Shown here piece after piece: positions 27,724-38,115 of a stretch of 64,000 nucleotides of DNA. The notes below the pieces were generated by a model. It was not told the DNA's origin and ran no database searches. It worked only from the letters and a program-made list of their open reading frames with translations. How positions within the stretch are numbered: the first letter of the stretch is position 1; each line of letters starts with the position of its first letter. The translations under genes were made by a program, and so were the position numbers. Origin of the DNA: an uncultured Acidobacteriaceae bacterium (GTDB lineage: Bacteria; Acidobacteriota; Terriglobia; Bryobacterales; Bryobacteraceae); assembly GCA_963705805.1 (NCBI GenBank), contig CAVPKW010000006.1:629518-693517 (forward strand), written 5' to 3'.

Positions 27724-29223
27724 TTGCCCGCGCCGGAACAGCCAGGCCAGTTTCCCTTTACCCGCGGAATTTATCCGGATATGTACCGGCGCAAGATCTG
27801 GACCATGCGCCAGTATGCCGGTTTCGGCACGGCGGAAGAGAGCAATCAACGTTACAAATATCTGCTCTCGCAAGGCATCACTGGTCTCTCGGTAGCGTTT
27901 GATTTGCCGACTCAGATGGGTATGGATTCGGACCATTTGCTTGCTGCGGGCGAAGTGGGCCGGGTCGGCGTAGCGATTGACTCACTAGCGGACATGCAGG
28001 TGTTATTCGAAGGCATCCCGCTTGACCGGGTCAGCACGTCGATGACGATTAACTCGACAGCGGCGATACTGCTGAGTCTCTATACTCTGGTGGCCGAGAA
28101 TCAAGGCGCGGATCGTAAACAGCTTTCCGGAACGATTCAGAACGACATTCTGAAGGAATACATCGCGCGCGGGACTTATATTTATCCGCCGCGGCCGGCC
28201 ATGCGAATCATTACTGATCTGTTTGCCTGGGCAGGACACGAAATTCCCGAGTGGAACACGATATCCATCAGCGGTTACCACATACGCGAGGCCGGCTCCA
28301 CGGCCATCCAGGAGGTTGCATTCACGTTGGCCAACGCGATTGCATATATCGAGGCCGCACTTACCGCCGGGCTGGAGGTAGACTCCTTCGCCCCGCGCCT
28401 GAGCTTCTTCTTTAACGCGCACAACAACTTTCTGGAGGAGATTGCGAAGTTTCGCGCGGCGCGGCGGCTTTACGCGAAGATCATGCGCGAAAGGTTCGGC
28501 GCGAAGTTGGATCGATCCTGCATGCTGCGCTTTCACACGCAGACAGCCGGGTCCGCATTGACGGCGCAGCAGCCTGAAGTGAATGTCGTGCGGGTGGCGC
28601 TGCAGGCGATGGCAGCAGTGCTGGGCGGCACGCAATCGTTGCACACAAACGCCCAGGATGAGGCGTTGTCGCTGCCGACCGAGCGCTCCGCGCGCGTCGC
28701 GTTGCGAACCCAGCAGGTGATTGCCTACGAGAGCGGCGTACCTTCGGAACCGGATCCGCTTGGCGGCAGCGAATACCTTGAGAGACTCACGGATGAGATA
28801 GAAGCCGGAGCGCGGGAGTATATTGCGCGAATTGACACAATGGGCGGGACGCTCGCCGCCATCGAGCGCGGTTACATCCAAAGCGAAATCCAGAACGCCG
28901 CCTATCAGTACCAGCGGGCAGTTGAAGAAGGCCGGCAGATTGTCGTCGGCGTGAACAAGTTTCAGAATGACGAAGCGGAATCGCCGCAAGGTTTCCGAAT
29001 CGATCCCGATCTCGAGCGCAAGCAAGTGGAGCGGCTGGCCGCGGTGAAATCCGGCCGATCGCAAAGCAACATGGACGCTGCATTGACCAGATTGGAAGCA
29101 GCCGCGCGCGGAGCGGAGAACCTGCTGCCGCGCATTCTCGATTGCTGCCGCGCGTACGCGACGGTTGGTGAAATCTCGGACACTTTACGAAAGGTATTCG
29201 GGGAATACCGGGAAGGATTCTAA
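27724..29223 (+). CDS. methylmalonyl-CoA mutase family protein, catalytic (substrate-binding) domain only
   Basis: [26 protein letters not shown], the [10 protein letters not shown]... block and MCM TIM-barrel collinearity. No B12-binding domain. TTG start; in-frame stops at 27661 and 27673 prevent any longer N-terminus. Confidence 0.8.
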   Translation: MPAPEQPGQFPFTRGIYPDMYRRKIWTMRQYAGFGTAEESNQRYKYLLSQGITGLSVAFDLPTQMGMDSDHLLAAGEVGRVGVAIDSLADMQVLFEGIPLDRVSTSMTINSTAAILLSLYTLVAENQGADRKQLSGTIQNDILKEYIARGTYIYPPRPAMRIITDLFAWAGHEIPEWNTISISGYHIREAGSTAIQEVAFTLANAIAYIEAALTAGLEVDSFAPRLSFFFNAHNNFLEEIAKFRAARRLYAKIMRERFGAKLDRSCMLRFHTQTAGSALTAQQPEVNVVRVALQAMAAVLGGTQSLHTNAQDEALSLPTERSARVALRTQQVIAYESGVPSEPDPLGGSEYLERLTDEIEAGAREYIARIDTMGGTLAAIERGYIQSEIQNAAYQYQRAVEEGRQIVVGVNKFQNDEAESPQGFRIDPDLERKQVERLAAVKSGRSQSNMDAALTRLEAAARGAENLLPRILDCCRAYATVGEISDTLRKVFGEYREGF

Positions 29224-29265
29224 AGTGTATGGCCCGGGAGAAGTAAGACTTAGCGCAGAAAGATG

Positions 29266-30276
29266 TCACTTTTTAAAAGCGAAGATGCGCTTCCAGTCGT
29301 TCTTCATGCTGATGACGAACCACTTCTTGGACTCGGCTTCGTCGCAGAGTGCCTGGGTGAACGTGCCGACCTTGGTATCGGGTAGTCCTCGAGCTGGACC
29401 GTAGGCATATTCCCGCTGCGCATCGTCGTGCAGCGTCAGCATCATTAGGGACGCGCCACCGCCTGCCTGGGTGTACTCCAGCATCTGCCGATCGCCCGTG
29501 GAGTTGCCAAACGCCGCCTTCGAGTGCCGTCCGGTGAACAAGTAGATGTCCTCCGGCTTGCCGGTGAAGTTGTCGTTCAGCAGCAGCTTTGGAGGTCGCA
29601 TCAGGACTGCCTGGCCTCCACTGTTGTAGGTGTACTGGGTTTCAAGCGCCGAGCCGATGACCTGCTCCGGCGGGACACCATAAACGCGCTCGGCATAGAC
29701 GCGGACGAAGTCCTGTCCGCCGCCGGTCACGATGTACGTCTTATATCCGTTGGCGCGCAGATAACGCATAACCTCAAGCATGGGCTGGTAAATGAGTTCG
29801 GTATAGGTTTGGTTCCAGCGCTTGTCCCTGGCCCGGACCAGCCAGTCCTTCACGATTGAGTGGAACTGGTCCACGGTCATGCCGGTGTGGGTAGCGAACA
29901 TGATCGTCTCCAGGTCCTTCATGGTGAGCTGCGCCATAGCAGCCTTGTCACCGGAGAGCACGGTCTGAAATGGCTGCGTGGTTTTCCACTCTGGATGCTG
30001 CGGCGCCAGCGCCGCAACTCGATCGAGAGCAAAGATAAGCTGTGTGTACATCGGGTGCTCGACCCACGTGGTGCCGTCCTGGTCGAACGTGGCGATGCGT
30101 TGCTCAGGTGGGACGAAGTTCGGACTGGTTCGATCGGTGGTGGTGTGAACGAAGTTGAGGACGGCTTGCTTGGCCGCACCCTTGTTCCAGGACGGCAACG
30201 GATCTTGCGCCTGCGCTCCCGCAATGGCAACCAGCAGCCAAGCCAGGATCGAGAAGGCAGCAGAACGAATTTTCAT
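29266..30276 (-). CDS. HAD-superfamily hydrolase, secreted
   Basis: Signal peptide. ATFDQDGT (DxDxT-like) and YIVTGGGQDFVR blocks. Confidence 0.6.
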   Translation of the reverse strand: MKIRSAAFSILAWLLVAIAGAQAQDPLPSWNKGAAKQAVLNFVHTTTDRTSPNFVPPEQRIATFDQDGTTWVEHPMYTQLIFALDRVAALAPQHPEWKTTQPFQTVLSGDKAAMAQLTMKDLETIMFATHTGMTVDQFHSIVKDWLVRARDKRWNQTYTELIYQPMLEVMRYLRANGYKTYIVTGGGQDFVRVYAERVYGVPPEQVIGSALETQYTYNSGGQAVLMRPPKLLLNDNFTGKPEDIYLFTGRHSKAAFGNSTGDRQMLEYTQAGGGASLMMLTLHDDAQREYAYGPARGLPDTKVGTFTQALCDEAESKKWFVISMKNDWKRIFAFKK

Positions 30277-30479
30277 ATGCTCGGCTCCCTTTTGAAGAGG
30301 GTCTATAGAAACTTTTCACCGATTGCACAGATGAGGTTAGCCGATGTCGGGCTTTTTTTCTTTGGGCCGTTCTAACGCCACCGCAGCTCGCGAGCTTGCC
30401 CTCGGCTTGTTTGCGAGCGCTGGAATTGGTTGGATATCCCATTGGATATCCCGCGAGACTGCCCCTAAGATGGTAGGCA

Positions 30480-33137
30480 ATGCTTGGCCACCTGGTTTCG
30501 CACTACCGCATTCTCCAGAAAGTGGGGGTTGGCGGAATGGGCGTGGTGTACAAGGCTGAGGACACGCGCCTCGAACGATTAGTCGCCCTGAAGTTTCTCC
30601 CTTCCGAACTGGCCCAGCATCCACAGGCGGTGGAACGTTTTCGCCGCGAGGCCAAAGCCGCTTCGGCGCTGAACCATCCGAACATTTGCACGATTCATGA
30701 CATCGGTGAGCAGGACGGCCAGATGTTTATTGCAATGGAATTCCTGGACGGCCGGACTTTGAAGCACATCATTGCTTCTGGTCCGCTGGGAATCGAGACA
30801 TTGCTATCCCTGGCGATTGAAATCACAGATGGTCTCGAGGCCGCCCACAGCGAAGGAATTATCCATCGCGATATAAAGCCCGCGAACATCTTCGTGACCA
30901 AGCGAGGCGACACTAAAATCCTCGATTTCGGCTTGGCTAAAGTCACGTCGTTTGAAGCCGCCGGCATCTTACCGGGCGTCCAAAGCACAGTGGTTGCCGG
31001 CGAAGAACACCTCACCAGTCCGGGCATGGCAATCGGCACCATTGCCTACATGTCTCCGGAACAGGCGCTCGGCAAGCCGCTTGACCGCCGCACCGATCTT
31101 TTTTCATTTGGCGCCACTCTTTACCAGATGGCTACCGGGGCGCTGCCGTTCCAAGGCGATACGACCGCCGCGATCTTCGACAGCATTCTACATAGCGCTC
31201 CCGTCCCGCCTTCGCGCCGGAATTCCCAATTGCCGGCCGAACTGGACCGCATCATCATCAAAGCTCTTGAAAAGGACCCTGGTATCCGCTACCAGACGGC
31301 GGCCGATTTGCGCGCCGACCTGAAGCGCCTCCAGCGCGATTCTGATTCGGGCTCAATCGCCTCCGCCGCTCCGCCGCCGTCAATCAAGAAGAGCCATGCA
31401 TGGTGGAAATATGGACTCGCCGGCGCGGGAATAATTGGCCTGTTGGCGGGTGGTATAGGGCTGTTGCGCTTCCGCGCGCCCCGCACGCCGCCTCCCAGCA
31501 CTGAGTGGCAGCCGCTGACCGACTTCACGGATTCAGCCACGGAACCGGCACTCTCGCCCGACGGGCGCATGCTTACTTTCATCCGCGGCCCCGGAACGTT
31601 TGCCACCCCGGGCCAGATTTATGTCAAGCTTCTGCCGGGCGGCGAGCCGGTGCAGTTGACGCACGATGGAACCCAGAAGATGAGTCCGGTTTTCTCTCCT
31701 GACGGCTCACGCATTGCCTACAGTACCTCGTTTGCATGGGACACCTGGGAGGTGCCGGTTCTGGGTGGGGAGGCCCGGCCTATGTTGCCGAATGCGTCAG
31801 GGCTGCGATGGATTGATCCCAACCACATTCTGTTCTCGCAGATCATATCCGGCGTTCATATGGCCGTCGCGACAGCGCAGGAGAGCCGCACCGGGCAGCG
31901 GGATGTTTACGTGCCTCCGCATGAGCGCGGCATGGCGCACCGCTCTGCAATTTCTCCCGACGGTAAATGGGTGTTGATTGTCGAAATGGACAATTCAGGT
32001 TGGCTGCCATGCCGTCTGGTTCCCTTCGACGGCAGCAGCCGGGGGCACGAAGTGGGCCCTCTCACCGGAATCTGTACCAGCGCCGAGTGGTCTCCTGACG
32101 GAAAGTGGATGTACTTTAGCTCAGACGCCGGCGGGAGCTTTCACATTTGGCGGCAAAAATTCGAAGGCGGCGAGCCCGAGCCGTTAACTTCCGGCCCGCA
32201 GAAGGAAGAAGGTATCGCGGTCGCGCCGGACGGCCGCTCCCTGGTTACTTCGGTAGGTGAAGAGCAGAGTGAAGTCTGGCTTCATGAAGGTAGCCAGGAG
32301 CGCAGAGTCTCTTCGCAAGGCTTCGCGGCCAATCCCATCTTCTCTGCGGATGGCAAGCGCATCTTCTACGTCCTCAGGAAGGGCGAGAACTACACTCGCG
32401 TTGGATTTGTGACCGGGGAACTGTGGATGACAGACCTGCTGAAGGGCGGGAACGAGCGGCTCTTGCCAGGTGTGGTGGTCAGCGGGTTCGACATCTCTCC
32501 GGATGGCGACAGGGTGGTGTACTCGATTGAGACGTCCGACAAGAATTCTGAAATCTGGTTGGCTTCCACTGACGGGCGCCTTCCGCCGCGGCGGCTATCC
32601 GCGGCCGGCGATCTGTTCCCGCGCTTCGGAGCTGGCTACATCTACTTCATGGCGCCTGGACGGAATCTCAATTACCTGTGTCGAATGAAGCAAGACGGCT
32701 CGGGCCGGCAGCGCGTAACAGAGGCAGCTATCCTCGCCCTTATAGCAGTCTCTCCCGACGGCAAATGGGCATGTGTCTGGACAAAACTGCCGGGCGCGGA
32801 GTCTGCGTCCGGGCATCTACTTTATCCCACTGCCGGCGGAGAGCCTGTAAAACTTTGCACCCGCTGCGCCGCCGTCTGGTCTCCGGACTCGAGATATATC
32901 TATCTCGCTCCCAGATTCATTTTTGACGACACTGGCAACAGCTTTGTACTTCCGTTTGATCATGGGCCATCCTCAGAGCTCTCCCGTTTCAGTGCCAATC
33001 TTCCTAGCGACCTGAAGGGCCTTCCGGGAGTGCGGATGATCGAACATTCGACCGTGACGCCAGGGCCGGATCCCTCAACGTACGCCTTTGTGAAGTTAAC
33101 GGTACACCGGAACTTATACCGCATACCGCTTCCCTGA
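30480..33137 (+). CDS. Ser/Thr protein kinase fused to a C-terminal TolB/PD40-like beta-propeller
   Basis: Hanks kinase motifs ([32 protein letters not shown]), one TM segment, then repeated SPDG..(I/L/V) PD40-type blades. Confidence 0.9.
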   Translation: MLGHLVSHYRILQKVGVGGMGVVYKAEDTRLERLVALKFLPSELAQHPQAVERFRREAKAASALNHPNICTIHDIGEQDGQMFIAMEFLDGRTLKHIIASGPLGIETLLSLAIEITDGLEAAHSEGIIHRDIKPANIFVTKRGDTKILDFGLAKVTSFEAAGILPGVQSTVVAGEEHLTSPGMAIGTIAYMSPEQALGKPLDRRTDLFSFGATLYQMATGALPFQGDTTAAIFDSILHSAPVPPSRRNSQLPAELDRIIIKALEKDPGIRYQTAADLRADLKRLQRDSDSGSIASAAPPPSIKKSHAWWKYGLAGAGIIGLLAGGIGLLRFRAPRTPPPSTEWQPLTDFTDSATEPALSPDGRMLTFIRGPGTFATPGQIYVKLLPGGEPVQLTHDGTQKMSPVFSPDGSRIAYSTSFAWDTWEVPVLGGEARPMLPNASGLRWIDPNHILFSQIISGVHMAVATAQESRTGQRDVYVPPHERGMAHRSAISPDGKWVLIVEMDNSGWLPCRLVPFDGSSRGHEVGPLTGICTSAEWSPDGKWMYFSSDAGGSFHIWRQKFEGGEPEPLTSGPQKEEGIAVAPDGRSLVTSVGEEQSEVWLHEGSQERRVSSQGFAANPIFSADGKRIFYVLRKGENYTRVGFVTGELWMTDLLKGGNERLLPGVVVSGFDISPDGDRVVYSIETSDKNSEIWLASTDGRLPPRRLSAAGDLFPRFGAGYIYFMAPGRNLNYLCRMKQDGSGRQRVTEAAILALIAVSPDGKWACVWTKLPGAESASGHLLYPTAGGEPVKLCTRCAAVWSPDSRYIYLAPRFIFDDTGNSFVLPFDHGPSSELSRFSANLPSDLKGLPGVRMIEHSTVTPGPDPSTYAFVKLTVHRNLYRIPLP

Positions 33138-33178
33138 CTGAGGACGTTCGAGGAGGACTCACGATTTACAGGATTACG

Positions 33179-35425
33179 TTGGAAGGGGTCGTTCAGGGAG
33201 TCGGCTTCCGGCCATTTGTGAAGAGGCTTGCCGACCGCTTGCGCGTGCCGGGCCTTACCTTCAACACGGCGGGCGGCTTGATTGTGGAATTTCAGGCAAG
33301 CAGCGAGGACGAGGCTACCTCTTTCGTGGAACTCTTGAAGGCCGAAGCCCCTCCCGCGGCGAAAATCGAACGCTGCGAAATGGAAGAGCTTGCCGGGCGG
33401 GCGGAATTAAACGGGGGCTTCGAGATTTTGGCCAGCGCCGCTCGCGACAACCGCTTCACCTTGATTTCGGCCGATATCGCGACCTGCCGGGCATGTCTCG
33501 CGGAGATGGAAGATCCTGCGGACCGGCGCTTCGGCTATGCCTTCACCAATTGCACCAACTGTGGGCCGCGCTACTCCATTACGCTTTCCACTCCCTATGA
33601 TCGCGTCAATACAACGATGAACGCGTTTGCGATGTGCGGTGACTGCGCTCGAGAGTATGCGGACCCGGGCAACCGCCGCTTTCACGCCGAGCCGGTTGCA
33701 TGTCCGGTTTGCGGGCCTCAACTATCGAAAGACGTAGCGGAGGTAAGAGCGGCCCTCGAACGCGGCGGCATCGTGGCGCTCAAAGGCTTAGGCGGATACC
33801 AACTGGCTTGCCATGCCTTCTGCGCGGAGGCGGTGAATTCGCTGCGCATCCGCAAGCGCCGCAGCCGGAAGCCGTTCGCTGTCATGATGCGTGACCTCGA
33901 AACCGTGCGGAGTTACTGCTCTCTCGGCGAGCCTGAGCAGCAGGCGCTGCTCAGCTCAGTTGCCCCCGTGGTCCTACTGAAGATAGCGAATCCGCAGGTA
34001 TTTCCGTCAGGTATTGCGCCTGGATTGGCCGAGTTGGGGGTGATGCTGCCCTACACGCCGCTGCATCACCTGCTGTTCAACGACTCTCTTCGTTGCCTGG
34101 TCATGACGAGCGGCAACATCAGCGAAGAGCCCATCGTAATCAAAAACCAAGAAGCTGCGGAGAAGCTGGGGGCGCTCGCCGACGAAGTTTTGACGCATAA
34201 CCGCGATATATTCATGCGCGTCGACGATTCCGTCGTGCGGATTTTCGAAGGCCGCCAGCGAGTCTTGCGGCGCGCCCGCGGCTTTGCGCCCGAAGCCATC
34301 GCGCTGGCGCATGAGACAGGCGAAATTCTAGCGTGCGGAGGAGAGTTAAAGAACACTTTTTGCCTGACAAAGGGCCGCTTCGCCATTATGAGCCAGCATA
34401 TTGGCGATCTGGAGAATTTCGAAACGCTTCAGTTTTTTGAAGAAACCCTTCGAAACTTGCAGAGCGTGTACCAGGCAACGCCGCGCTTGATCGCGCATGA
34501 TCTGCATCCCGACTATCTCAGCACGCGCTGGGCGCAGACCCGGCCGGAGCCAAAGATCGCGATCCAGCATCATCATGCCCACATTGCCAGTTGTATGGCG
34601 GAGAACGGGCTGGATACACAAGTGATCGGCGTGGCTTTTGATGGCACGGGCTTTGGTTCCGATGGGCAGATCTGGGGAGGAGAGTTTCTGGTCTGCGACC
34701 TCACAAGCTTCGAGCGCGCCGCGCATTTCCGCTACGTGCCGCTGCCGGGCGGAGATCGGGCGGCCAAGCAGCCCTGGCGTATGGCGTCCGCGTATTTGTT
34801 CGATGCGCTAGGGCCTGACTATCGAAAACTCGATCTGCCTTGCTGGAACGCGGCTACCCCAGCCACCTGGAAGCTTATGGAACAAATGTTGAAACGGCCT
34901 GCGCTTCTCACCTCGAGTTGCGGGCGCCTGTTCGATGCGGTTGCATCGATCTGCGGAATCAGCCAGGAGAGCAGTTACGAGGGAGAGTCTGCCATGCTGC
35001 TGGAGAGCGCCGGCGCCCACTTCACTAGCGACCAAACTTACTCCCTGGAACTCCAAGCGGAACGCCTGCCCTGGATTATCGATACACGAAAGATGCTAGT
35101 AGAGATCGCAAGCGATGTGGCGGCGGGACGATCTCCCCAGTTAGTTTCCCGTTGCTTTCACAATTCGGTCGCGCGTATGATTGAGGTGGTCTGTAACAGG
35201 CTGCGTGAGAGGAACGGCTTGGACAACGTTTGTCTTAGCGGCGGAACGTTTCAAAATTTAACGCTTCTTGCGCGCGCTGTCGAGTTACTCCGCCGCGGCG
35301 GTTTTCAGGTTTTCCTACACGCTAAAGTTCCGCCGAATGATGGCGGACTTTCTCTTGGACAAGCCGTAATTGCGGCGAATTTTCTCTCAAAGGAAATAAT
35401 CGATGTGCCTCGCTATACCCGGTAA
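33179..35425 (+). CDS. hypF: [NiFe]-hydrogenase maturation carbamoyltransferase HypF
   Basis: Acylphosphatase [10 protein letters not shown], zinc-finger CxxC pairs (CRACLAEM..., [22 protein letters not shown]), YrdC-like and Kae1-like domains. The true start is probably upstream of the TTG at 33179 (see finding). Confidence 0.9.
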   Translation: MEGVVQGVGFRPFVKRLADRLRVPGLTFNTAGGLIVEFQASSEDEATSFVELLKAEAPPAAKIERCEMEELAGRAELNGGFEILASAARDNRFTLISADIATCRACLAEMEDPADRRFGYAFTNCTNCGPRYSITLSTPYDRVNTTMNAFAMCGDCAREYADPGNRRFHAEPVACPVCGPQLSKDVAEVRAALERGGIVALKGLGGYQLACHAFCAEAVNSLRIRKRRSRKPFAVMMRDLETVRSYCSLGEPEQQALLSSVAPVVLLKIANPQVFPSGIAPGLAELGVMLPYTPLHHLLFNDSLRCLVMTSGNISEEPIVIKNQEAAEKLGALADEVLTHNRDIFMRVDDSVVRIFEGRQRVLRRARGFAPEAIALAHETGEILACGGELKNTFCLTKGRFAIMSQHIGDLENFETLQFFEETLRNLQSVYQATPRLIAHDLHPDYLSTRWAQTRPEPKIAIQHHHAHIASCMAENGLDTQVIGVAFDGTGFGSDGQIWGGEFLVCDLTSFERAAHFRYVPLPGGDRAAKQPWRMASAYLFDALGPDYRKLDLPCWNAATPATWKLMEQMLKRPALLTSSCGRLFDAVASICGISQESSYEGESAMLLESAGAHFTSDQTYSLELQAERLPWIIDTRKMLVEIASDVAAGRSPQLVSRCFHNSVARMIEVVCNRLRERNGLDNVCLSGGTFQNLTLLARAVELLRRGGFQVFLHAKVPPNDGGLSLGQAVIAANFLSKEIIDVPRYTR

Positions 35426-35675
35426 GATCAGTGCGTTGCATGAAAGCTTCGGCGTGCCGATGGCCAAAGTGGATTTTGGCGGAATTACGCGCGAAGCGTG
35501 TATCTCGTATCTGCCGGACTCGCGAATTGGAGATTACGTGCTGGTTCACGTCGGTTTTGCGATCACTAAGGTCGACGAGGAAGAGGCTGCGCGCACATAT
35601 CAATATCTCGCCGAGATGGACCAGCTCAGCGAGCTGCAGAGTGAGGAAGGGAGCGATGGCCATGAAGTACCTTGA
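35403..35675 (+). CDS. hypC: hydrogenase assembly chaperone HypC/HupF
   Basis: N-terminal MCLAIPGKI, 90 aa, overlaps the hypF end. Confidence 0.9.
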   Translation: MCLAIPGKISALHESFGVPMAKVDFGGITREACISYLPDSRIGDYVLVHVGFAITKVDEEEAARTYQYLAEMDQLSELQSEEGSDGHEVP

Positions 35676-36777
35676 CGAATATCGCGATCAGCAGGTAGCG
35701 CAAAACCTGGTGGACGAGATCCGGCGAACTGCGACCCAGCCCTGGGTATTAATGGAGGTGTGCGGCGGCCAGACTCATTCCATCGTTAAATACGGGCTGG
35801 ACACGCTGCTCCCGGAGCAGGTGGAATTGGTTCATGGGCCTGGATGTCCGGTCTGCGTAACTTCGCTTGAAATGATTGATCGGGCCCACGCCATAGCGCG
35901 GCGTCCCGACGTTATCTTTTGTTCTTTCGGTGATATGCTCCGCGTGCCGGGCTCCCACAGCGATCTTTTCAAAATCAAAGCCGAAGGCGGCAACGTTCGC
36001 ATCGTTTATTCGCCGCTTGAATGCCTCAAGATCGCACGCGCCAATCCGGATAAGAAAGTGGCGTTTTTTGCGATTGGCTTCGAGACCACCGCCCCGGCGA
36101 ATGCGATGGCCGTCTGGCAGGCGAAAGAACAGAGCATTACGAATTTTTCTGTACTGGTTTCACATGTGTTGGTTCCACCGGCGGTGACGGGAATTCTGAG
36201 TTCGCCGAACAACCGCGTGCAGGCGTTCTTAGGTCCCGGCCACGTCTGCGCTGTCTCCGGCTGGGTTGAATACGAGCCGATCGTTGATGAATACCGCGTG
36301 CCCATCGTCATTACGGGGTTTGAGCCGGTGGACATTCTGCAGGGAATTCTAATGTCCGTACAGCAGTTGGAGCAGGGACGCGCCGAGCTCGAAAACGCCT
36401 ACGCACGCGCGGTGCGCCGCGAGGGTAATCCCGAGGCCCGGCGGATGATTGAGCGAGTATTTCGAGTATGCGACCGTGCCTGGCGCGGCATCGGCGTGAT
36501 CCCGAACAGCGGTTTCGCGCTGGCGCCCGAATTCAGCGCCTACGACGCCGAGCAGACCTTCGACGTGCAAAGTATACACGCCGCCGAGCCGGCTATCTGT
36601 ATCAGCGGCGAGGTTCTCAAAGGGCTGAAGAAACCCCACGACTGTCCGGCTTTCGGCAAGCAATGCACTCCAGAGACTCCACTTGGAGCGACCATGGTCT
36701 CGGCTGAGGGCGCTTGCGCGGCGTACTACAATTACGGGCGGCACCTCGTCAACACCGCATCGTTGACGAAGGTATAG
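35656..36777 (+). CDS. hypD: hydrogenase maturation protein HypD
   Basis: MKYLDEYRD..., [17 protein letters not shown] and FETTAP blocks. ATG at 35656 or 35662; overlaps the hypC end. Confidence 0.9.
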   Translation: MAMKYLDEYRDQQVAQNLVDEIRRTATQPWVLMEVCGGQTHSIVKYGLDTLLPEQVELVHGPGCPVCVTSLEMIDRAHAIARRPDVIFCSFGDMLRVPGSHSDLFKIKAEGGNVRIVYSPLECLKIARANPDKKVAFFAIGFETTAPANAMAVWQAKEQSITNFSVLVSHVLVPPAVTGILSSPNNRVQAFLGPGHVCAVSGWVEYEPIVDEYRVPIVITGFEPVDILQGILMSVQQLEQGRAELENAYARAVRREGNPEARRMIERVFRVCDRAWRGIGVIPNSGFALAPEFSAYDAEQTFDVQSIHAAEPAICISGEVLKGLKKPHDCPAFGKQCTPETPLGATMVSAEGACAAYYNYGRHLVNTASLTKV

Positions 36778-36814
36778 ATCACGCCCGATCGTTGACGAAA
36801 GCAGAGAAAGGCGC

Positions 36815-37861
36815 ATGGAGAAAGATTTCGCCCTGGCGTGCCCTCTTCCCATTACCGAACGCAAGCACATCATCATGGGGCACGGCAGCGGGGGCAAGCT
36901 GACCGCGCAGCTGGTGCGCGACCTATTCCTGCCGGCTTTCGATAATGAGTATCTTCGTAAGCTCGACGATCAGGCTATCCTCACAGCCGGTTCCGCGCGA
37001 TTGGCTTTTACAACCGACTCATTCGTTGTCACGCCGCTATTTTTTCCGGGAGGCAACATCGGCGATCTGGCAGTGAATGGAACCGTGAACGACCTAGCCA
37101 TGAGCGGAGCCCGGCCATTGTTTCTGTCAGCGGCATTCATCATGGAAGAAGGTCTCCCGCTGGAGGATCTTTCCCGCGTGGTCGATTCCATGGCGCAGGC
37201 CGCGCGGGCGGCTGGTGTAGCCATTGTCACTGGGGATACCAAAGTAGTAAACAAGGGATCGGCCGATCGGTTGTTCGTCACCACGTCCGGGGTCGGTCTT
37301 GTAGAAGACGATCTCAATATTTCCGCTTCGAACGCGCGGCCGGGCGACGCGGTAATCCTAAGTGGATCGATCGGAGATCATGGGATGGCAGTTATGTCGG
37401 TGCGGGAAGGTCTCGAGTTTGAAGGTGAGATTCGCTCCGACACTGCTCCGTTACATGCGCTGGTGCAAGTTATGCTGAACGCCGGCGAGATACACGCCCT
37501 GCGCGATCCTACACGGGGCGGCCTGGCCACTTCGCTGTGCGAGATTGCGATGGCATCCTCTGTAGGCGTGGAAATCGAATCAACCGCCGTGCTGGTGCGT
37601 GAGGATGTAAAAGGCGCTTGTGAGATTCTTGGGCTCGATCCTTTGTTTGTCGCGAATGAAGGTAAGCTGATCGCGTTTGTTCCCGATGCTTGCGCGGAAG
37701 CTATTGTGAAAGCGATGCGCGGTCATCCCGCAGGGCGCGACGCGAAAGTCATTGGCCGGACAGTTAACGACCACGCAAGCATGGTTCTACTTACGACCGA
37801 GATCGGCGGCCGCCGGATTCTCGATCTACCGTTCACCGAGCAGTTACCCCGCATTTGTTAG
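36815..37861 (+). CDS. hypE: hydrogenase maturation protein HypE
   Basis: MGHGSGGKLT, the AIR-synthase-like fold pattern and the C-terminal ...EQLPRIC motif. Confidence 0.9.
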   Translation: MEKDFALACPLPITERKHIIMGHGSGGKLTAQLVRDLFLPAFDNEYLRKLDDQAILTAGSARLAFTTDSFVVTPLFFPGGNIGDLAVNGTVNDLAMSGARPLFLSAAFIMEEGLPLEDLSRVVDSMAQAARAAGVAIVTGDTKVVNKGSADRLFVTTSGVGLVEDDLNISASNARPGDAVILSGSIGDHGMAVMSVREGLEFEGEIRSDTAPLHALVQVMLNAGEIHALRDPTRGGLATSLCEIAMASSVGVEIESTAVLVREDVKGACEILGLDPLFVANEGKLIAFVPDACAEAIVKAMRGHPAGRDAKVIGRTVNDHASMVLLTTEIGGRRILDLPFTEQLPRIC

Positions 37862-37867
37862 TCTCCT

Positions 37868-37984
37868 GTTTCCGAAACTCCTTTAGTTTCGTCCATACAT
37901 GCTCCCTGACGGTCGCGGCTCCGTTTCGAGCGTTCACGCTGATGAACGATGAGTTGGCGTCAAGAAACTCAAGAAACACGAGAC
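37868..37984 (+). repeat. ~117-nt GTTTC/GAAAC-rich intergenic element, copy B (intact), between hypE and the hydrogenase small subunit
   Basis: About 93% identical by eye (about 8 differences, including a 1-nt indel) to the reverse complement of 7408-7363 joined to 5600-5529. Contains the palindrome GTTTCCGAAAC (37868-37878), further GTTTC at 37886 and 37923, GAAAC at 37964 and 37973, and a hairpin CGTTCA-CGCTGA-TGAACG (37931-37948). Confidence 0.85.
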
Positions 37985-38115
37985 TAGCGGTAGGTACTAA
38001 TACGAGACTCGACTTACTATTGGATTTACATGTCGCTGCATAATTTCTGTAGTCCAAATCCATTCTTGACTTTCGCCTGATAAGCGAACAGACTTTAATC
38101 GGAGGAACATTGCCC

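Noticed and set aside
28003-29064. Long antisense ORFs inside well-supported genes (for example 1115-1675, 6119-6787, 15885-16751, 24001-24618, 28003-29064, 39174-40061, 40410-41276, 41533-42378, 43717-44532)
   Set aside because: They lie opposite genes with clear family motifs, have Arg/Ala/Gly/Pro-biased low-complexity translations typical of off-frame reading in GC-rich DNA, and have no recognisable domains.
37903-37984. Reading a sigma-54 promoter (TGGCGT...) or a sigma-70 -35 box (TTGACG on the opposite strand) in the repeated element
   Set aside because: TGGCGTCAAGAAAC lacks the GG-N10-GC spacing and the TTGC -12 box. The TTGACG has no acceptable -10 hexamer 16-18 nt downstream. The promoter function of the element remains untested rather than supported.
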